Shown piece by piece: positions 1-10,239 of a stretch of DNA of 64,000 bases. The notes beneath the pieces were generated by a model that did no database searches, was not told the DNA's origin, and saw nothing but the letters and a program-made list of their open reading frames with translations. Made by a program: the position numbers and the translations under genes. Numbering within the stretch: the first letter of the stretch is position 1; each line of letters starts with the position of its first letter. The stretch lies in the IMG/VR virus record IMGVR_UViG_3300023313_000005, positions 11,554-75,553 of that record. One strand, 5' to 3'. Source of the stretch: a virus.

Positions 1-1
1 T

Positions 2-3000
2 GACACTAAATTAAATACTGATTTAGGAGAAATGACCTATGAAACTTATGTAGAATATAAAGATAAAGAAATAAAGGATAATAAATTACGTGGTAAAATA
101 AACCATAAAATATTAGAGACAGCCGGAATGAATGAGACGGAAACTATGAAAGCTATGCAAGATATTAAAGATAAATTAGCTGAAATAGGGATGTCTATAA
201 TGCCTTTCCAATGGTTATTTAAAAATAAAGAAACTATATTAGAAAAATATGGTATTAATATTAAAGACGACGTATTATTATCAGAAAAAACAATTTATTC
301 TACGCTTTTAAATTTAGTAGGTACTCCTGATTTAGTATCCATAGATAAATTTGGTAGGTTAAGTATTACTGATTGGAAAACAGGAAGTGCATTTAATGTG
401 GAATTTGTTAATACCATAATGAAATATGGTGATCAAGTTATAGATGTTACTGATAGTCAAAGAACAAGGGCTAAATTACAAATCATGCTTTATGCGTTAA
501 TGATAAAAATGAATAACCCTGAAGCAACATTTAAACATTTACAAGTTGCTTGGATACCGGGGGAATCAGCCATGTTTATGAATGACCATAAATCTCAAGT
601 AGAAATTAACGTGTATTTAAATATGTTAGAAACATATTTTAAAACTGAAAAGCCTGAGATATATGAAACTATGATAAAAGAATCTCCGAATATTTTTAAT
701 CATTCTCATTATAGCTCAGTAGAAACTGAATTAAAAGAACAATTAAATAGTAGTTCTGCTGTACATACATTAGAGCATAAACAGGCATTGCTTACAGAAT
801 TAATTAGTAAAAGTGCTACAGGTGTAACATTAAATGCTACCCAAAGAGATCAAGTAAATAAATTAACATATGAAATAATCGAATTAAAAAAGGATCCATC
901 TGTTATATTAAATGCTGATATTGAAAAAATGGGATTGTCTGATATGACAGTATCTAAATTATACTCAGGTCTATATTCGGATACAGACAATCCATTTCTT
1001 CATACATTTGAGCAATTAATGCAAGAAGGTAAAGAGAAAGTACATAGACTTTATACTGAGAAAAAAAATAAATTTGATAGGTTAATGCTTCCTATTTTTA
1101 ATAATTATTTAAAACGTAATGGGAAATCTTTAGTGGCTAATATGACACATAAACAATTAAATTTTGTTAAATATTATATAGGAAATGGTAAAGGTTTATT
1201 TGATTTTGCTTATGTAAATAGAACAAAGGATAATTTTAATTATTTAGACTTTGTTACTCCTAGTGATGCTCAGTGGTCAAATTTATCTGATTCTGAAAAA
1301 AGATTAATGTTATATATAATAGAAGAATTTAAAAAACCGTTTGATGAAAAAACAGGGTATTTAAATAAAGTTATTACAAAAGATAGATATGGTAGAGATC
1401 TTACTTCAATGGATTTAATTAATAGGAATAGAGCAATACCCTTTAAATATACACCTAGTTTTATGCCTCGTGTACCAATGGGTACTGAAGAAGTTCGTCA
1501 ACAATACCCTTTATTTTCTAAAGAAAAAATTAAGCATTTGTTTCGTAAACATATGACTACATATATAGAAGATAATTTTGAAGGTTATCGTAGTCAGGAA
1601 GCATTGCCTATGAAATATTTAGGGAATAGTCATATTATAAGTTCTGGAAATTATAGTAAGAATTTAGAAATAATATTTGATAAATTCATAAAAGGATCGT
1701 TAATGAAAGAACATATGCAAGATGCATATTCTATAGGTAAAGGATTGGAAATATTCTTTGATTCTAAAAAGGAAGGTACAGAAGATTTAATGCCTAATAC
1801 TACTAAATTTTTAAAAGAAAAGATTAATATGGATATACTAGATAAACATCGTAAAGGTAGTATATCTCGTAAGAAATTAAAAATAGGTAAATATACATTA
1901 TCTCCTCATAATATTACAAGGATGATAACTAAAATTACTAGTGCTCCAATAATGTGGTTACAACCAATCAATGGTACTAGAAATGGTATATTTATATCAA
2001 TGCTAAATGCTAAAAAAGCAGTATCAGACTCAATTTATTCTAAATTAGCAGGTGTTGAAGAATCAGTAGTTGATTTCACACTTCCCGATTTAACAGCAGC
2101 GTGGGGAGAATGGGCTAAAATGTCAGCAGCTATGATAACTGGTAATGGTAAACATAATAAAATGTGGCTAATGGCTAAAGAGTTTAGATATTTACCAGAT
2201 AATTATGATTGGGCTACCAGAAGTAATTTATTAATGACAGAACGTAAAGATTTAAGAACTGCTGCTTTTGGTAGTAGAACTATGTATATGTTTCATACAT
2301 TGCCTGAAGAATGGCATGCTATGATGATTATGGTTGCACAAATGAAAAATATGAAACATAATGGTAAATCAATGTATGACAATTATGAAGTAGTAACAAA
2401 AGACGGAGTATCTCATTTAGAGTGGGTAGGAGGTGTTAGAGGAGTAGTTAAAAATAAAGAGACGGGAGAAGTAATTAAAGAATTGAGGGGATTGGACCAC
2501 AAAGAAATGATACGTTTGAAGAGAGTTTATCAACAAATGCATGGTGGTTATAGGAGGGATGAAAGAACTGTCATGGAGGCTTTCATATGGGGGAAATTGA
2601 TATTACAATTTAAAAAATATTTACCATCAGTATTACAAAATGCTTTTAAATCTAAACATGTAGATTACTCCATAGGTAATTATGAATTTACCGGTGATAA
2701 AGAAAATGGAGTTGAGGTAATGGAGTGGGTAGGTAGAATGACAGAAGGAAGATGGTTAGTAATGGGTAAAGTAATTGCTAATATGATTAAAATTCAAAAT
2801 AATCCTGATTACAAATTTAAAACAATGCCTCCTCAGATGAAAAAGGAACTCATTGATGGATTAGTGACATTATCATCTTGGGCATTACTATATGCGAATT
2901 ATTTAATGATATTTGCAGGAGCAGATGATGATGATTCATTTAAGAAATTGACTAATATAATTATTCAAAATTATAGTCAACAATATAATATTTGGGACAT

Positions 3001-3253
3001 AGGCCGTAACTTTACTACAGCGCCTGCTTCGATTACTAAAACTTATGATGCTACTAACGCATTGGGTACATTAATGTTATCATCAATGCTTTACTCATTT
3101 AATGTAGACAATCAATTAACTAATAGAGGAGAGTTACGTGGATGGACTCAGACTAGAAGGTCGCTTCCGTATTTATCTACTTATTATAATATAGTAAGAT
3201 TTATGGAACATTCAGATGATGCTGAAACATATATTCCTTTTAGAGTGAGATAA
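2..3253 (+). CDS. Giant virion-associated protein (crAss-like virion RNA polymerase/cargo gene block), 5'-truncated, with a PD-(D/E)XK nuclease-like motif
   Basis: The frame is open from base 2, so it begins upstream of the window. GTPDLV...ITDWKTG...QIMLYA resembles a PD-(D/E)XK motif. It is very large and converges on the replication arm, as in crAss-like phages. Confidence 0.6.
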   Translation, partial: DTKLNTDLGEMTYETYVEYKDKEIKDNKLRGKINHKILETAGMNETETMKAMQDIKDKLAEIGMSIMPFQWLFKNKETILEKYGINIKDDVLLSEKTIYSTLLNLVGTPDLVSIDKFGRLSITDWKTGSAFNVEFVNTIMKYGDQVIDVTDSQRTRAKLQIMLYALMIKMNNPEATFKHLQVAWIPGESAMFMNDHKSQVEINVYLNMLETYFKTEKPEIYETMIKESPNIFNHSHYSSVETELKEQLNSSSAVHTLEHKQALLTELISKSATGVTLNATQRDQVNKLTYEIIELKKDPSVILNADIEKMGLSDMTVSKLYSGLYSDTDNPFLHTFEQLMQEGKEKVHRLYTEKKNKFDRLMLPIFNNYLKRNGKSLVANMTHKQLNFVKYYIGNGKGLFDFAYVNRTKDNFNYLDFVTPSDAQWSNLSDSEKRLMLYIIEEFKKPFDEKTGYLNKVITKDRYGRDLTSMDLINRNRAIPFKYTPSFMPRVPMGTEEVRQQYPLFSKEKIKHLFRKHMTTYIEDNFEGYRSQEALPMKYLGNSHIISSGNYSKNLEIIFDKFIKGSLMKEHMQDAYSIGKGLEIFFDSKKEGTEDLMPNTTKFLKEKINMDILDKHRKGSISRKKLKIGKYTLSPHNITRMITKITSAPIMWLQPINGTRNGIFISMLNAKKAVSDSIYSKLAGVEESVVDFTLPDLTAAWGEWAKMSAAMITGNGKHNKMWLMAKEFRYLPDNYDWATRSNLLMTERKDLRTAAFGSRTMYMFHTLPEEWHAMMIMVAQMKNMKHNGKSMYDNYEVVTKDGVSHLEWVGGVRGVVKNKETGEVIKELRGLDHKEMIRLKRVYQQMHGGYRRDERTVMEAFIWGKLILQFKKYLPSVLQNAFKSKHVDYSIGNYEFTGDKENGVEVMEWVGRMTEGRWLVMGKVIANMIKIQNNPDYKFKTMPPQMKKELIDGLVTLSSWALLYANYLMIFAGADDDDSFKKLTNIIIQNYSQQYNIWDIGRNFTTAPASITKTYDATNALGTLMLSSMLYSFNVDNQLTNRGELRGWTQTRRSLPYLSTYYNIVRFMEHSDDAETYIPFRVR

Positions 3254-3254
3254 A

Positions 3255-3278
3255 AAAGAGGGGATTTCTCCCCTCTTT
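3255..3278. terminator. Bidirectional intrinsic terminator
   Basis: AAAGAGGGGA-TTTC-TCCCCTCTTT hairpin between convergent genes. Confidence 0.8.
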
Positions 3279-3323
3279 CTAAATTCACATATTATAAACT
3301 ACTAGGGCAACCTAACGCTTATA

Positions 3324-3677
3324 TCATCTATTATCTCCATCACCTTGTATAGTATTATTAATTCTGCGTTTATTTAATTTAATTAAATTTCTAACAGCAA
3401 TTGTTTCTAAATCTATATTTAGTGAATCAGACAATGCGGCAACATACCATAATACATCACCTATTTCTTTGCTTAGTTCTCTAATAAAGTTATCATCTAA
3501 CTCTTTGTCACCGCGCATTACTTTTTTTACTTTATTAGCTATTTCACCTGCTTCTCCTACCAGACCCATTGTAGTATATACAATAGCATCATCGTCAGAA
3601 TAAACAGCTGTAGCTAGTGCTTCATCTTGGTACTCATTAAGAGTTAATGTCGAATCATCTCCAATATCCAAATTCAT
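3324..3677 (-). CDS. mazG: MazG-like nucleoside triphosphate pyrophosphohydrolase
   Basis: LNEYQ, GLVGEAGEIANKVKK and EIGDVLWY motifs. Confidence 0.9.
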   Translation of the reverse strand: MNLDIGDDSTLTLNEYQDEALATAVYSDDDAIVYTTMGLVGEAGEIANKVKKVMRGDKELDDNFIRELSKEIGDVLWYVAALSDSLNIDLETIAVRNLIKLNKRRINNTIQGDGDNR

Positions 3678-3846
3678 AATGTATTTCTTTCCATTTTAAT
3701 AATTTATACTTAATAGGTCTTTTAAAATTACCTATCTGTTTATTTTTTGAAATATAATTACAAGTTATCGGTTCGTTATTATCAAAATAACCTAATATTC
3801 TTTGAAATTTTTTAGGTTCTTGTTTTGTAATATCTATCCATTCCAT
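3655..3846 (-). CDS. Small phage protein (DUF551-like); probable start MEWIDITKQEP
   Basis: W-I-x4-(E/L)-P N-terminus; this start directly follows the RNR stop. Confidence 0.5.
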   Translation of the reverse strand: MEWIDITKQEPKKFQRILGYFDNNEPITCNYISKNKQIGNFKRPIKYKLLKWKEIHYEFGYWR

Positions 3847-3847
3847 A

Positions 3848-6046
3848 TTATAATATTTCACATTTACCACCTGCACATGATATTGATCCCAATGTATCAA
3901 TATTTACATAAGATGGTTTTAAATTAATAGTTTTCCAATCAATAGTTACTAAATTATTGTTTATATCATTCCATCTTTTAAAATTATGGACATCTTTTAA
4001 ACAATAAGTCATACGTTTATAATCATTATTAAAATAATTTTTACTAAACTTTTTAGCTCGTCTTATCCAATCTCTTTGTAAAAGATTTTCAGAAGTTTCT
4101 ATAGATAGATCAATTCCTTTATTTAATAAAGTATCACATGCTAGCCATAAATTATTATTAAAAGCATGTAATCCGTCTACAATTAATCCTGAAGCAAAAA
4201 TACTAGCATTTCCATATTCAGATAGAATTTCTTCGGGAGTATATATTGCAATAAAAGGTGCTTGGTTATAATCTTTATCTCCTGTTTTATCAATTAAAGA
4301 TATTCCTGTAAACCATTCCTTATTATCATAAATATATTTACTAACTTTATCCCAGTCGTCTACTATGATAGTATTTGATACATTATGTCGTAATTTTTTA
4401 TCAATACATAATTCTTCATTAGTACCATATTCTATCCAATTTTGACGTACTATTTTAACATAAGATAATTGATTAACTCCCAATAATTCTTTCTTAAATA
4501 AAGAATTAGGATTTACTTCTATTGGAAAACTAAATATATAATCTGTATTATTAGCACTCCATACAGATTCTTCTACAGCTTTTGGATTTAAATTTTTAAA
4601 TATTAATCCCTCATCTTCTTCTTTATTTACTTGAATATTTCTTATATATCTACGTGAATGTTCTCCATGAATTCCACTAGCTGTTTCTAATAATATAGAA
4701 GTATTTCCAGAAGGTTTTACTGTAGTAGTTCGTGCTGATTGATTAATCTTTATAAGAGCAGCTATTTCTTTATTTACCTTTTTGATTAATTCAGCACCTT
4801 TTTTCTGTAAAGATTTGTTAAATAAAACAGAAGGATTATTCATCCATCCAGTTAAAGAACAGCCCAATAGAGCTTCTTTATTAAATATCTGTCTAGATAT
4901 ACTAGGAATGTATTTAAAGTCTGTATATGACGCTTGTATAGTGCCTAAAATGGCTGCTCCTTCACATGCTTTGAGGAATGTTTCTTCATTATCACATAAT
5001 CCTCCATTTATTTCACATAAATTACAGCCTTGCCATCCTGATATTCCATCTTTTGTTTTAGGTATCATAGATATTTCAACACAAGGATTATACACTATAT
5101 CTTCATTATCACTCCATACAAAACCTGGTTCTCCCCATTCCTTTACTTTATTAATTATTTTATCAAATTCTTCTTTACTAGTACTATTTCGTAATAATAC
5201 TACAGAGTTATTTGATCTAGCGCGTTGAGGATTTTCAGAATACCAGTTTCCTGTTTTAGCATTTAACATATCATGATCATCATGACTAAATAAACATATT
5301 GTTGCAGAACGTCTTACGCCACCGCTTAATACAGCGTCGGACATATACATTATACAATCATATGCAATAATAGATTTAAATATACCAATAGAATTATTTA
5401 ATAAAGTTTCTATTTTAATTATACTATTACGTAGCCCATCGGAACCAGGAGCTTTAAATCCTCCTGATATATATGATCCTTTAGGTCTAATCTGAGAATA
5501 ATCAAAATCTATTCTATATCCTGAATATTTATTATATTTGTTATCTACTGTAGTATAAGAACTAATTAATACACCTATTGCATCTGACCATCCTTCTATT
5601 GAGTCTTCTATTACAAAAGTTTTAACTCCCTTTTCTCTAGATTCTATATCAGGTAATTTATTAGTATGACATTTTTGTACACTAAATCCTACACCACATC
5701 CGCATAATAACCAATACATGCATTCATTAAAAAATTCAATTCTATCAACATATCCTGTAATACAATTAAACATTTTAGCTTCATGTTTTAAAATAGGGGC
5801 ACCCCCGAATTGGAGTGCCCTTTGTGAACCTAAAATTAATTTATCTTTATATAATTGTTCAGCTAATTGAATTTTATCTTCTAATTCATTAGACATTACA
5901 TCATTTAATTTTAAACGATGCATATCCATTACTCTTTTTACGGATTCATCCCATGTTTCTTTTCTATTTAAATTATCAATATATTTAGCATAACTACTTT
6001 GGAATTTATAATCTGCTAATAATTTTCTACCTTTGTTTATGTCCAT
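3848..6046 (-). CDS. Ribonucleotide reductase large subunit, probably class II (NrdJ-like)
   Basis: FNC, GGVRRSA, NPCVEI, GCNL, TVKPSG and C-terminal CAGGKC; no small subunit gene nearby. Confidence 0.9.
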   Translation of the reverse strand: MDINKGRKLLADYKFQSSYAKYIDNLNRKETWDESVKRVMDMHRLKLNDVMSNELEDKIQLAEQLYKDKLILGSQRALQFGGAPILKHEAKMFNCITGYVDRIEFFNECMYWLLCGCGVGFSVQKCHTNKLPDIESREKGVKTFVIEDSIEGWSDAIGVLISSYTTVDNKYNKYSGYRIDFDYSQIRPKGSYISGGFKAPGSDGLRNSIIKIETLLNNSIGIFKSIIAYDCIMYMSDAVLSGGVRRSATICLFSHDDHDMLNAKTGNWYSENPQRARSNNSVVLLRNSTSKEEFDKIINKVKEWGEPGFVWSDNEDIVYNPCVEISMIPKTKDGISGWQGCNLCEINGGLCDNEETFLKACEGAAILGTIQASYTDFKYIPSISRQIFNKEALLGCSLTGWMNNPSVLFNKSLQKKGAELIKKVNKEIAALIKINQSARTTTVKPSGNTSILLETASGIHGEHSRRYIRNIQVNKEEDEGLIFKNLNPKAVEESVWSANNTDYIFSFPIEVNPNSLFKKELLGVNQLSYVKIVRQNWIEYGTNEELCIDKKLRHNVSNTIIVDDWDKVSKYIYDNKEWFTGISLIDKTGDKDYNQAPFIAIYTPEEILSEYGNASIFASGLIVDGLHAFNNNLWLACDTLLNKGIDLSIETSENLLQRDWIRRAKKFSKNYFNNDYKRMTYCLKDVHNFKRWNDINNNLVTIDWKTINLKPSYVNIDTLGSISCAGGKCEIL

Positions 6047-6627
6047 ATATTTTTTTCTATTTTTATATTTAACATATCAATATTAAATGTTTCTTTACTC
6101 ATATCAGGAATTGAACTAACGTCTTGTGTTCTAGGAATATGTACAATAGAATTACAACGTGGTTCAGATAATTCTTTTTCTAATTCTAGATACAATTCTT
6201 CTGATCTATATAAAATTTGTCTAAGTTTTAATATAAAATCAAAGTGTTGATCTTTAAAGAATTTGAAAATATAATTTTTATATTCATCATCCATATATGA
6301 ATATTTACCTTTTAAAAATAAAAAATAATTTTGTTCATATCCTTCGGGTAAATTATAAACATACATAACATATTCCTCATTAATTACATAATGGTCATTA
6401 TATAAATATTTATTAATTAACCATTCATGCAATTCAGTATACCATTTTTTATTGTTTCGATATAATAAAAATATTTTATCCGTATATTTTGTTTGAGTAT
6501 TATCCCTAACAAAACATCCAGATAGATTAGAATATTCGGAATATTTTCCGCCTAATAATGGTAAAACGTAAGTAAAAGATTTGTTCTTTAATCTTAATGT
6601 GCTTACTTTTTTTACCATCTCTGTCAT
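6037..6627 (-). CDS. Hypothetical protein
   Basis: 196-aa ORF coupled within the operon. Confidence 0.7.
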   Translation of the reverse strand: MTEMVKKVSTLRLKNKSFTYVLPLLGGKYSEYSNLSGCFVRDNTQTKYTDKIFLLYRNNKKWYTELHEWLINKYLYNDHYVINEEYVMYVYNLPEGYEQNYFLFLKGKYSYMDDEYKNYIFKFFKDQHFDFILKLRQILYRSEELYLELEKELSEPRCNSIVHIPRTQDVSSIPDMSKETFNIDMLNIKIEKNIWT

Positions 6628-6630
6628 TAT

Positions 6631-7407
6631 TTATATTAGTTTAGATAAATCAATAGATTCATTATCATCATTATTGATATGATTAATAATTGGTTCTTTT
6701 GGTAAATAACCAATTGTACTCTCCATATCAAAATCATTACATAACATATAAATCATATTAAATGTTTCATAAAATCGTGTTATTCCTTCATGTATTCCAT
6801 ATTTTTTTATATATTCATTTATACAAATACTTTGATAAGTATCTGTTGCTAATTTATTTTCAAATAGTTTATTAACTGTTTTTATTCCCATGCCTTCTAA
6901 TCCTTCTATACCATCTGTAGAATCTCCCATTAAAGTTTGTGTAAAAATAAATCTATTTACATCATCATACGTTACTGTTATAAATGCATTTTTACTATAA
7001 TTATAATGAGTACCTATGTTTTGATATAATACATCTTTATCAATTGCTGATATTATATTATTAGTATATTTTGTACTAAAATATGAAACTAAATCATCCG
7101 CTTCTAAATTAGTATCATAATATGCGTTATAATTTTGTATCATATATTCTTTTAATGCATAGAATATAGGAGGTTTAGATACATCTTTCCTATTATGCTT
7201 ATAACCTTTACTGTATTTATAATTTTTATATCTAAAACACTTGCCTTTTGTAATAAATAATATATATTTAGTAGTGTTACATGATTTATTAATATCATTA
7301 ATTAATGTATTTAATCGTTTAATAGATGCTTCATATGATCGATCTAAGTCATTTTTTCTGGGTAAACTTAAATATAATATAGAATCTGCGTCTATTAAAT
7401 TAACCAT
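6631..7407 (-). CDS. 5'-3' exonuclease (T7 gp6/FEN-like)
   Basis: LIDADS, YKHNR, LEADD, IDKD and MGDSTDGIEG motifs. Confidence 0.88.
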   Translation of the reverse strand: MVNLIDADSILYLSLPRKNDLDRSYEASIKRLNTLINDINKSCNTTKYILFITKGKCFRYKNYKYSKGYKHNRKDVSKPPIFYALKEYMIQNYNAYYDTNLEADDLVSYFSTKYTNNIISAIDKDVLYQNIGTHYNYSKNAFITVTYDDVNRFIFTQTLMGDSTDGIEGLEGMGIKTVNKLFENKLATDTYQSICINEYIKKYGIHEGITRFYETFNMIYMLCNDFDMESTIGYLPKEPIINHINNDDNESIDLSKLI

Positions 7408-7762
7408 TTCTAATTTGTTTTATCATATTATAATACGTATTTTTTTTCATATATACAAATTCTCCTTGAGGTAAAAATATTCCTTTTTCAGAACGCTTAA
7501 CATGTTTGTGAAAAATAACTAAATCTTTTTCATCTCGTCCTGTATTTAATAAAATATTATTTATTTCTCGTTTACTTATTGATTTCTTTATTTTACATTG
7601 AATATCATGGAGTAATTCATCTCCAAATATATCAATGCCTTTATTATCCATATTACGTGATTCACTTCTTGAAGTAACACAAAACATGTTCATATTTTTT
7701 AGTTCATTAACTATTTGTCGTTCATAGTTATGACCTGCTGTTCGATTACGATTTTTAGCCAT
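7400..7762 (-). CDS. PD-(D/E)XK nuclease, Holliday junction resolvase-like
   Basis: GHNYERQI...GIDI...IQCK. Confidence 0.7.
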   Translation of the reverse strand: MAKNRNRTAGHNYERQIVNELKNMNMFCVTSRSESRNMDNKGIDIFGDELLHDIQCKIKKSISKREINNILLNTGRDEKDLVIFHKHVKRSEKGIFLPQGEFVYMKKNTYYNMIKQIRNG

Positions 7763-8768
7763 TGTTTATATTGTTACTCAATAAATGTTTATTTATTAAT
7801 TCCATAGTATTACTTTTCCCCTCATTATAAATATAATCAGATATGTCTTTATAAATAGGTGTTATAAATATACTAAATTCTGGAAATCTATTATGTAATT
7901 TATGTGCCGCTATTTTACCTGTTTTATCATTATCATAATTAATAATTATATTATCTGCTATTGTTTGTAACATGTTTATTTTATCATCAGATATTAATGT
8001 TTGTTCTCCTATAGGACATATAGCTGATAGTCCTAAACTATCATATACCATTACATCTTTATATGATGATGTAATTATTAAAGTATTAACATGATTAGGT
8101 AATTGTTCTAATCCCATTAATGGGGAATTTTTAGCATTAGTTCTAAATTTATCTTTCTTATTATAAGCATATGGTCTATATATTTGTATCTCTTTTGTTT
8201 TTTTAGATATTAAATATTCAAATAATGGATCTTTTTTAAATTTACCATACCATATTATTTTTCCTATAAATGCTCTAAATATAGGTCTGACATTAAATTT
8301 AGAAAGTATTTCGGTAGTTATATTATATTTATACCAATAATCTAAATGGAAAGGTTTAAATTTATTATAACATTCATTTATTAATTGTGTTCTTTTATCT
8401 TTTTTTACTATAAATTTTTGACTAATTTGTGTAGAGTAAGGTAAATATTTATCATTAAATGTTTTAGGCATTAAACATAAATTAAAATCATGATCAATTA
8501 TTTGTATAACTTCTTGCAAAAAAGAAGAATTTAAATCTAATTTATTAGCAATAGCACACATCATAAAACAGTCTCCTGATAAATCAATATGAGAAGTATC
8601 TCTAAATATTAGTCTATTTGATTTGTTATAATAAAAATAACATCCTGGATTTTTATCTTCCCTAAATGGATTTTTATATTGTTTTTTTAAAGCAACTTTA
8701 ATACCCAAATAACGTTCCATAATTGATATTTCATCTATTAATGATAATATTGTATATGTTGTTATCAT
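7755..8768 (-). CDS. DNA primase (DnaG/TOPRIM, crAss-like)
   Basis: NPFREDKNP N-terminal motif, ITSSYKDVM, YDNDKTG and KDISDY. Confidence 0.85.
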   Translation of the reverse strand: MITTYTILSLIDEISIMERYLGIKVALKKQYKNPFREDKNPGCYFYYNKSNRLIFRDTSHIDLSGDCFMMCAIANKLDLNSSFLQEVIQIIDHDFNLCLMPKTFNDKYLPYSTQISQKFIVKKDKRTQLINECYNKFKPFHLDYWYKYNITTEILSKFNVRPIFRAFIGKIIWYGKFKKDPLFEYLISKKTKEIQIYRPYAYNKKDKFRTNAKNSPLMGLEQLPNHVNTLIITSSYKDVMVYDSLGLSAICPIGEQTLISDDKINMLQTIADNIIINYDNDKTGKIAAHKLHNRFPEFSIFITPIYKDISDYIYNEGKSNTMELINKHLLSNNINNG

Positions 8769-8782
8769 GTTATATAGGTAAT

Positions 8783-8807
8783 AAAAGGAGGGGAAAACCC
8801 CTCCTTT
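8783..8807 (-). terminator. Intrinsic terminator
   Basis: AAAGGAGGGG-AAA-ACCCCTCCTTT hairpin. Confidence 0.7.
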
Positions 8808-8812
8808 AATGA

Positions 8813-9580
8813 TTAAAATAAATTATTAGTATCTAATGCATCGGAACTCATTTCAGTATCTGTAGAGGGAGTTGGTTTATTATATTTTTGTAACTCCATG
8901 CTATTTTGAAAATCTGATTTCCAAGGATATGACTCATCGTTAGCATATTTTTCCATGTTACCAGTGGAAGTAATATGTCCTCTATTGAAATACCCTTTAT
9001 ATACATCTTGGTAAAGACCATCCTTAACACCTAATAGTACAATAATTTCTTTACCGTATTTTTGAAGAATATCATTTAATTCTGATACATCTCCATTAAA
9101 TATAGCATCCAAATTAGATAATACTAAATTAGTATCTGGATCATTAGTATTAGCGTTAATCGATGCTATAATTAAACGATATAATGATTCTTCACCTACT
9201 TTACATTTACGTACAGATGTAGTATCATACCAATCATATTGAATATTATTAACATCATTAACATACAAAGTTTTTCCTTTGTTATTAATTATTTGAAAAT
9301 TACCCGATTGAGATACTTTATCTCTATTTTCTAAAAATAAAGAAATCTTATTAATGAAATTATGATCTTTATTTTCAATAAAGAAATCTAATCTGATTTT
9401 TTTAAATTTATTTCCCTCATTATCAACTCCTTCTGAAACATATACTGGGGATTTTGCACTATCGCCATATATTTCTTGTAATTGAGAGTGAGTAGGATTA
9501 ACATGAGTTATTTTAACGGGCATCATACCTGTCCATAATTGTTTATCAACACTTGTCGATTCTGTGAATTTAAATTCCAT
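8813..9580 (-). CDS. Conserved replication-region protein, possibly ssDNA-binding
   Basis: Lies between the AAA ATPase and primase; acidic tail ending in LF. Confidence 0.45.
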   Translation of the reverse strand: MEFKFTESTSVDKQLWTGMMPVKITHVNPTHSQLQEIYGDSAKSPVYVSEGVDNEGNKFKKIRLDFFIENKDHNFINKISLFLENRDKVSQSGNFQIINNKGKTLYVNDVNNIQYDWYDTTSVRKCKVGEESLYRLIIASINANTNDPDTNLVLSNLDAIFNGDVSELNDILQKYGKEIIVLLGVKDGLYQDVYKGYFNRGHITSTGNMEKYANDESYPWKSDFQNSMELQKYNKPTPSTDTEMSSDALDTNNLF

Positions 9581-9585
9581 ATTTA

Positions 9586-10239
9586 TTAATTATTATAATT
9601 ACTAATTGCTTTATTTACTATACTCAAATCATTAGGGATATACTCCTCTTTAAACATCCCTCTAGGTGATTTAGCAGGATATTTTTCAGTATGATTTGTT
9701 ACAAAAGAATAACTAGTAGGTGATGTGGATGTGTCTACATCTGTGTATAAAATTATTTCAAATAATCCTTCCAGTGTTATATAGGCATCAATCATTCTTC
9801 CTACAGTTTTCATTTTATATACGCCATCTTCTCCTACTTCGGGATGCCATAACATAAATACATTCAAATCATCTCTTAAATTACGTGCTGTTTGAAATAT
9901 ACTATTAATATGCACACCTATTTCATTAAATTTATCGTACCCTTTTTCACTAGCACGGTTCATAAATTCAAAACCCATTAGATATTGTCCATCATCTATC
10001 ACAATGTTTTTAATATCTTTTCGGTCTTGATTTATTCCTTCTAAAATTTGATTAATTACTTTCCAGTTATGTGTTTCTACATAATTTTTTAATTTTTCGT
10101 TATACAATTTTTTAAATCCTTTAATGGGGAGAGATTTACCTGCTACACTTATTATATAAGTTTCTTTGTTATTTAATCCCTCAACGGATGTAGATTTACC
10201 TGTTCCACTTTTACCAACTATTGCAATTACTTCACTCAT
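9586..10239 (-). CDS. AAA family ATPase (Sak4/AAA_24-like)
   Basis: Walker A GKSGTGKS, Walker B IVIDD, and KSPRGMF. Confidence 0.85.
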   Translation of the reverse strand: MSEVIAIVGKSGTGKSTSVEGLNNKETYIISVAGKSLPIKGFKKLYNEKLKNYVETHNWKVINQILEGINQDRKDIKNIVIDDGQYLMGFEFMNRASEKGYDKFNEIGVHINSIFQTARNLRDDLNVFMLWHPEVGEDGVYKMKTVGRMIDAYITLEGLFEIILYTDVDTSTSPTSYSFVTNHTEKYPAKSPRGMFKEEYIPNDLSIVNKAISNYNN

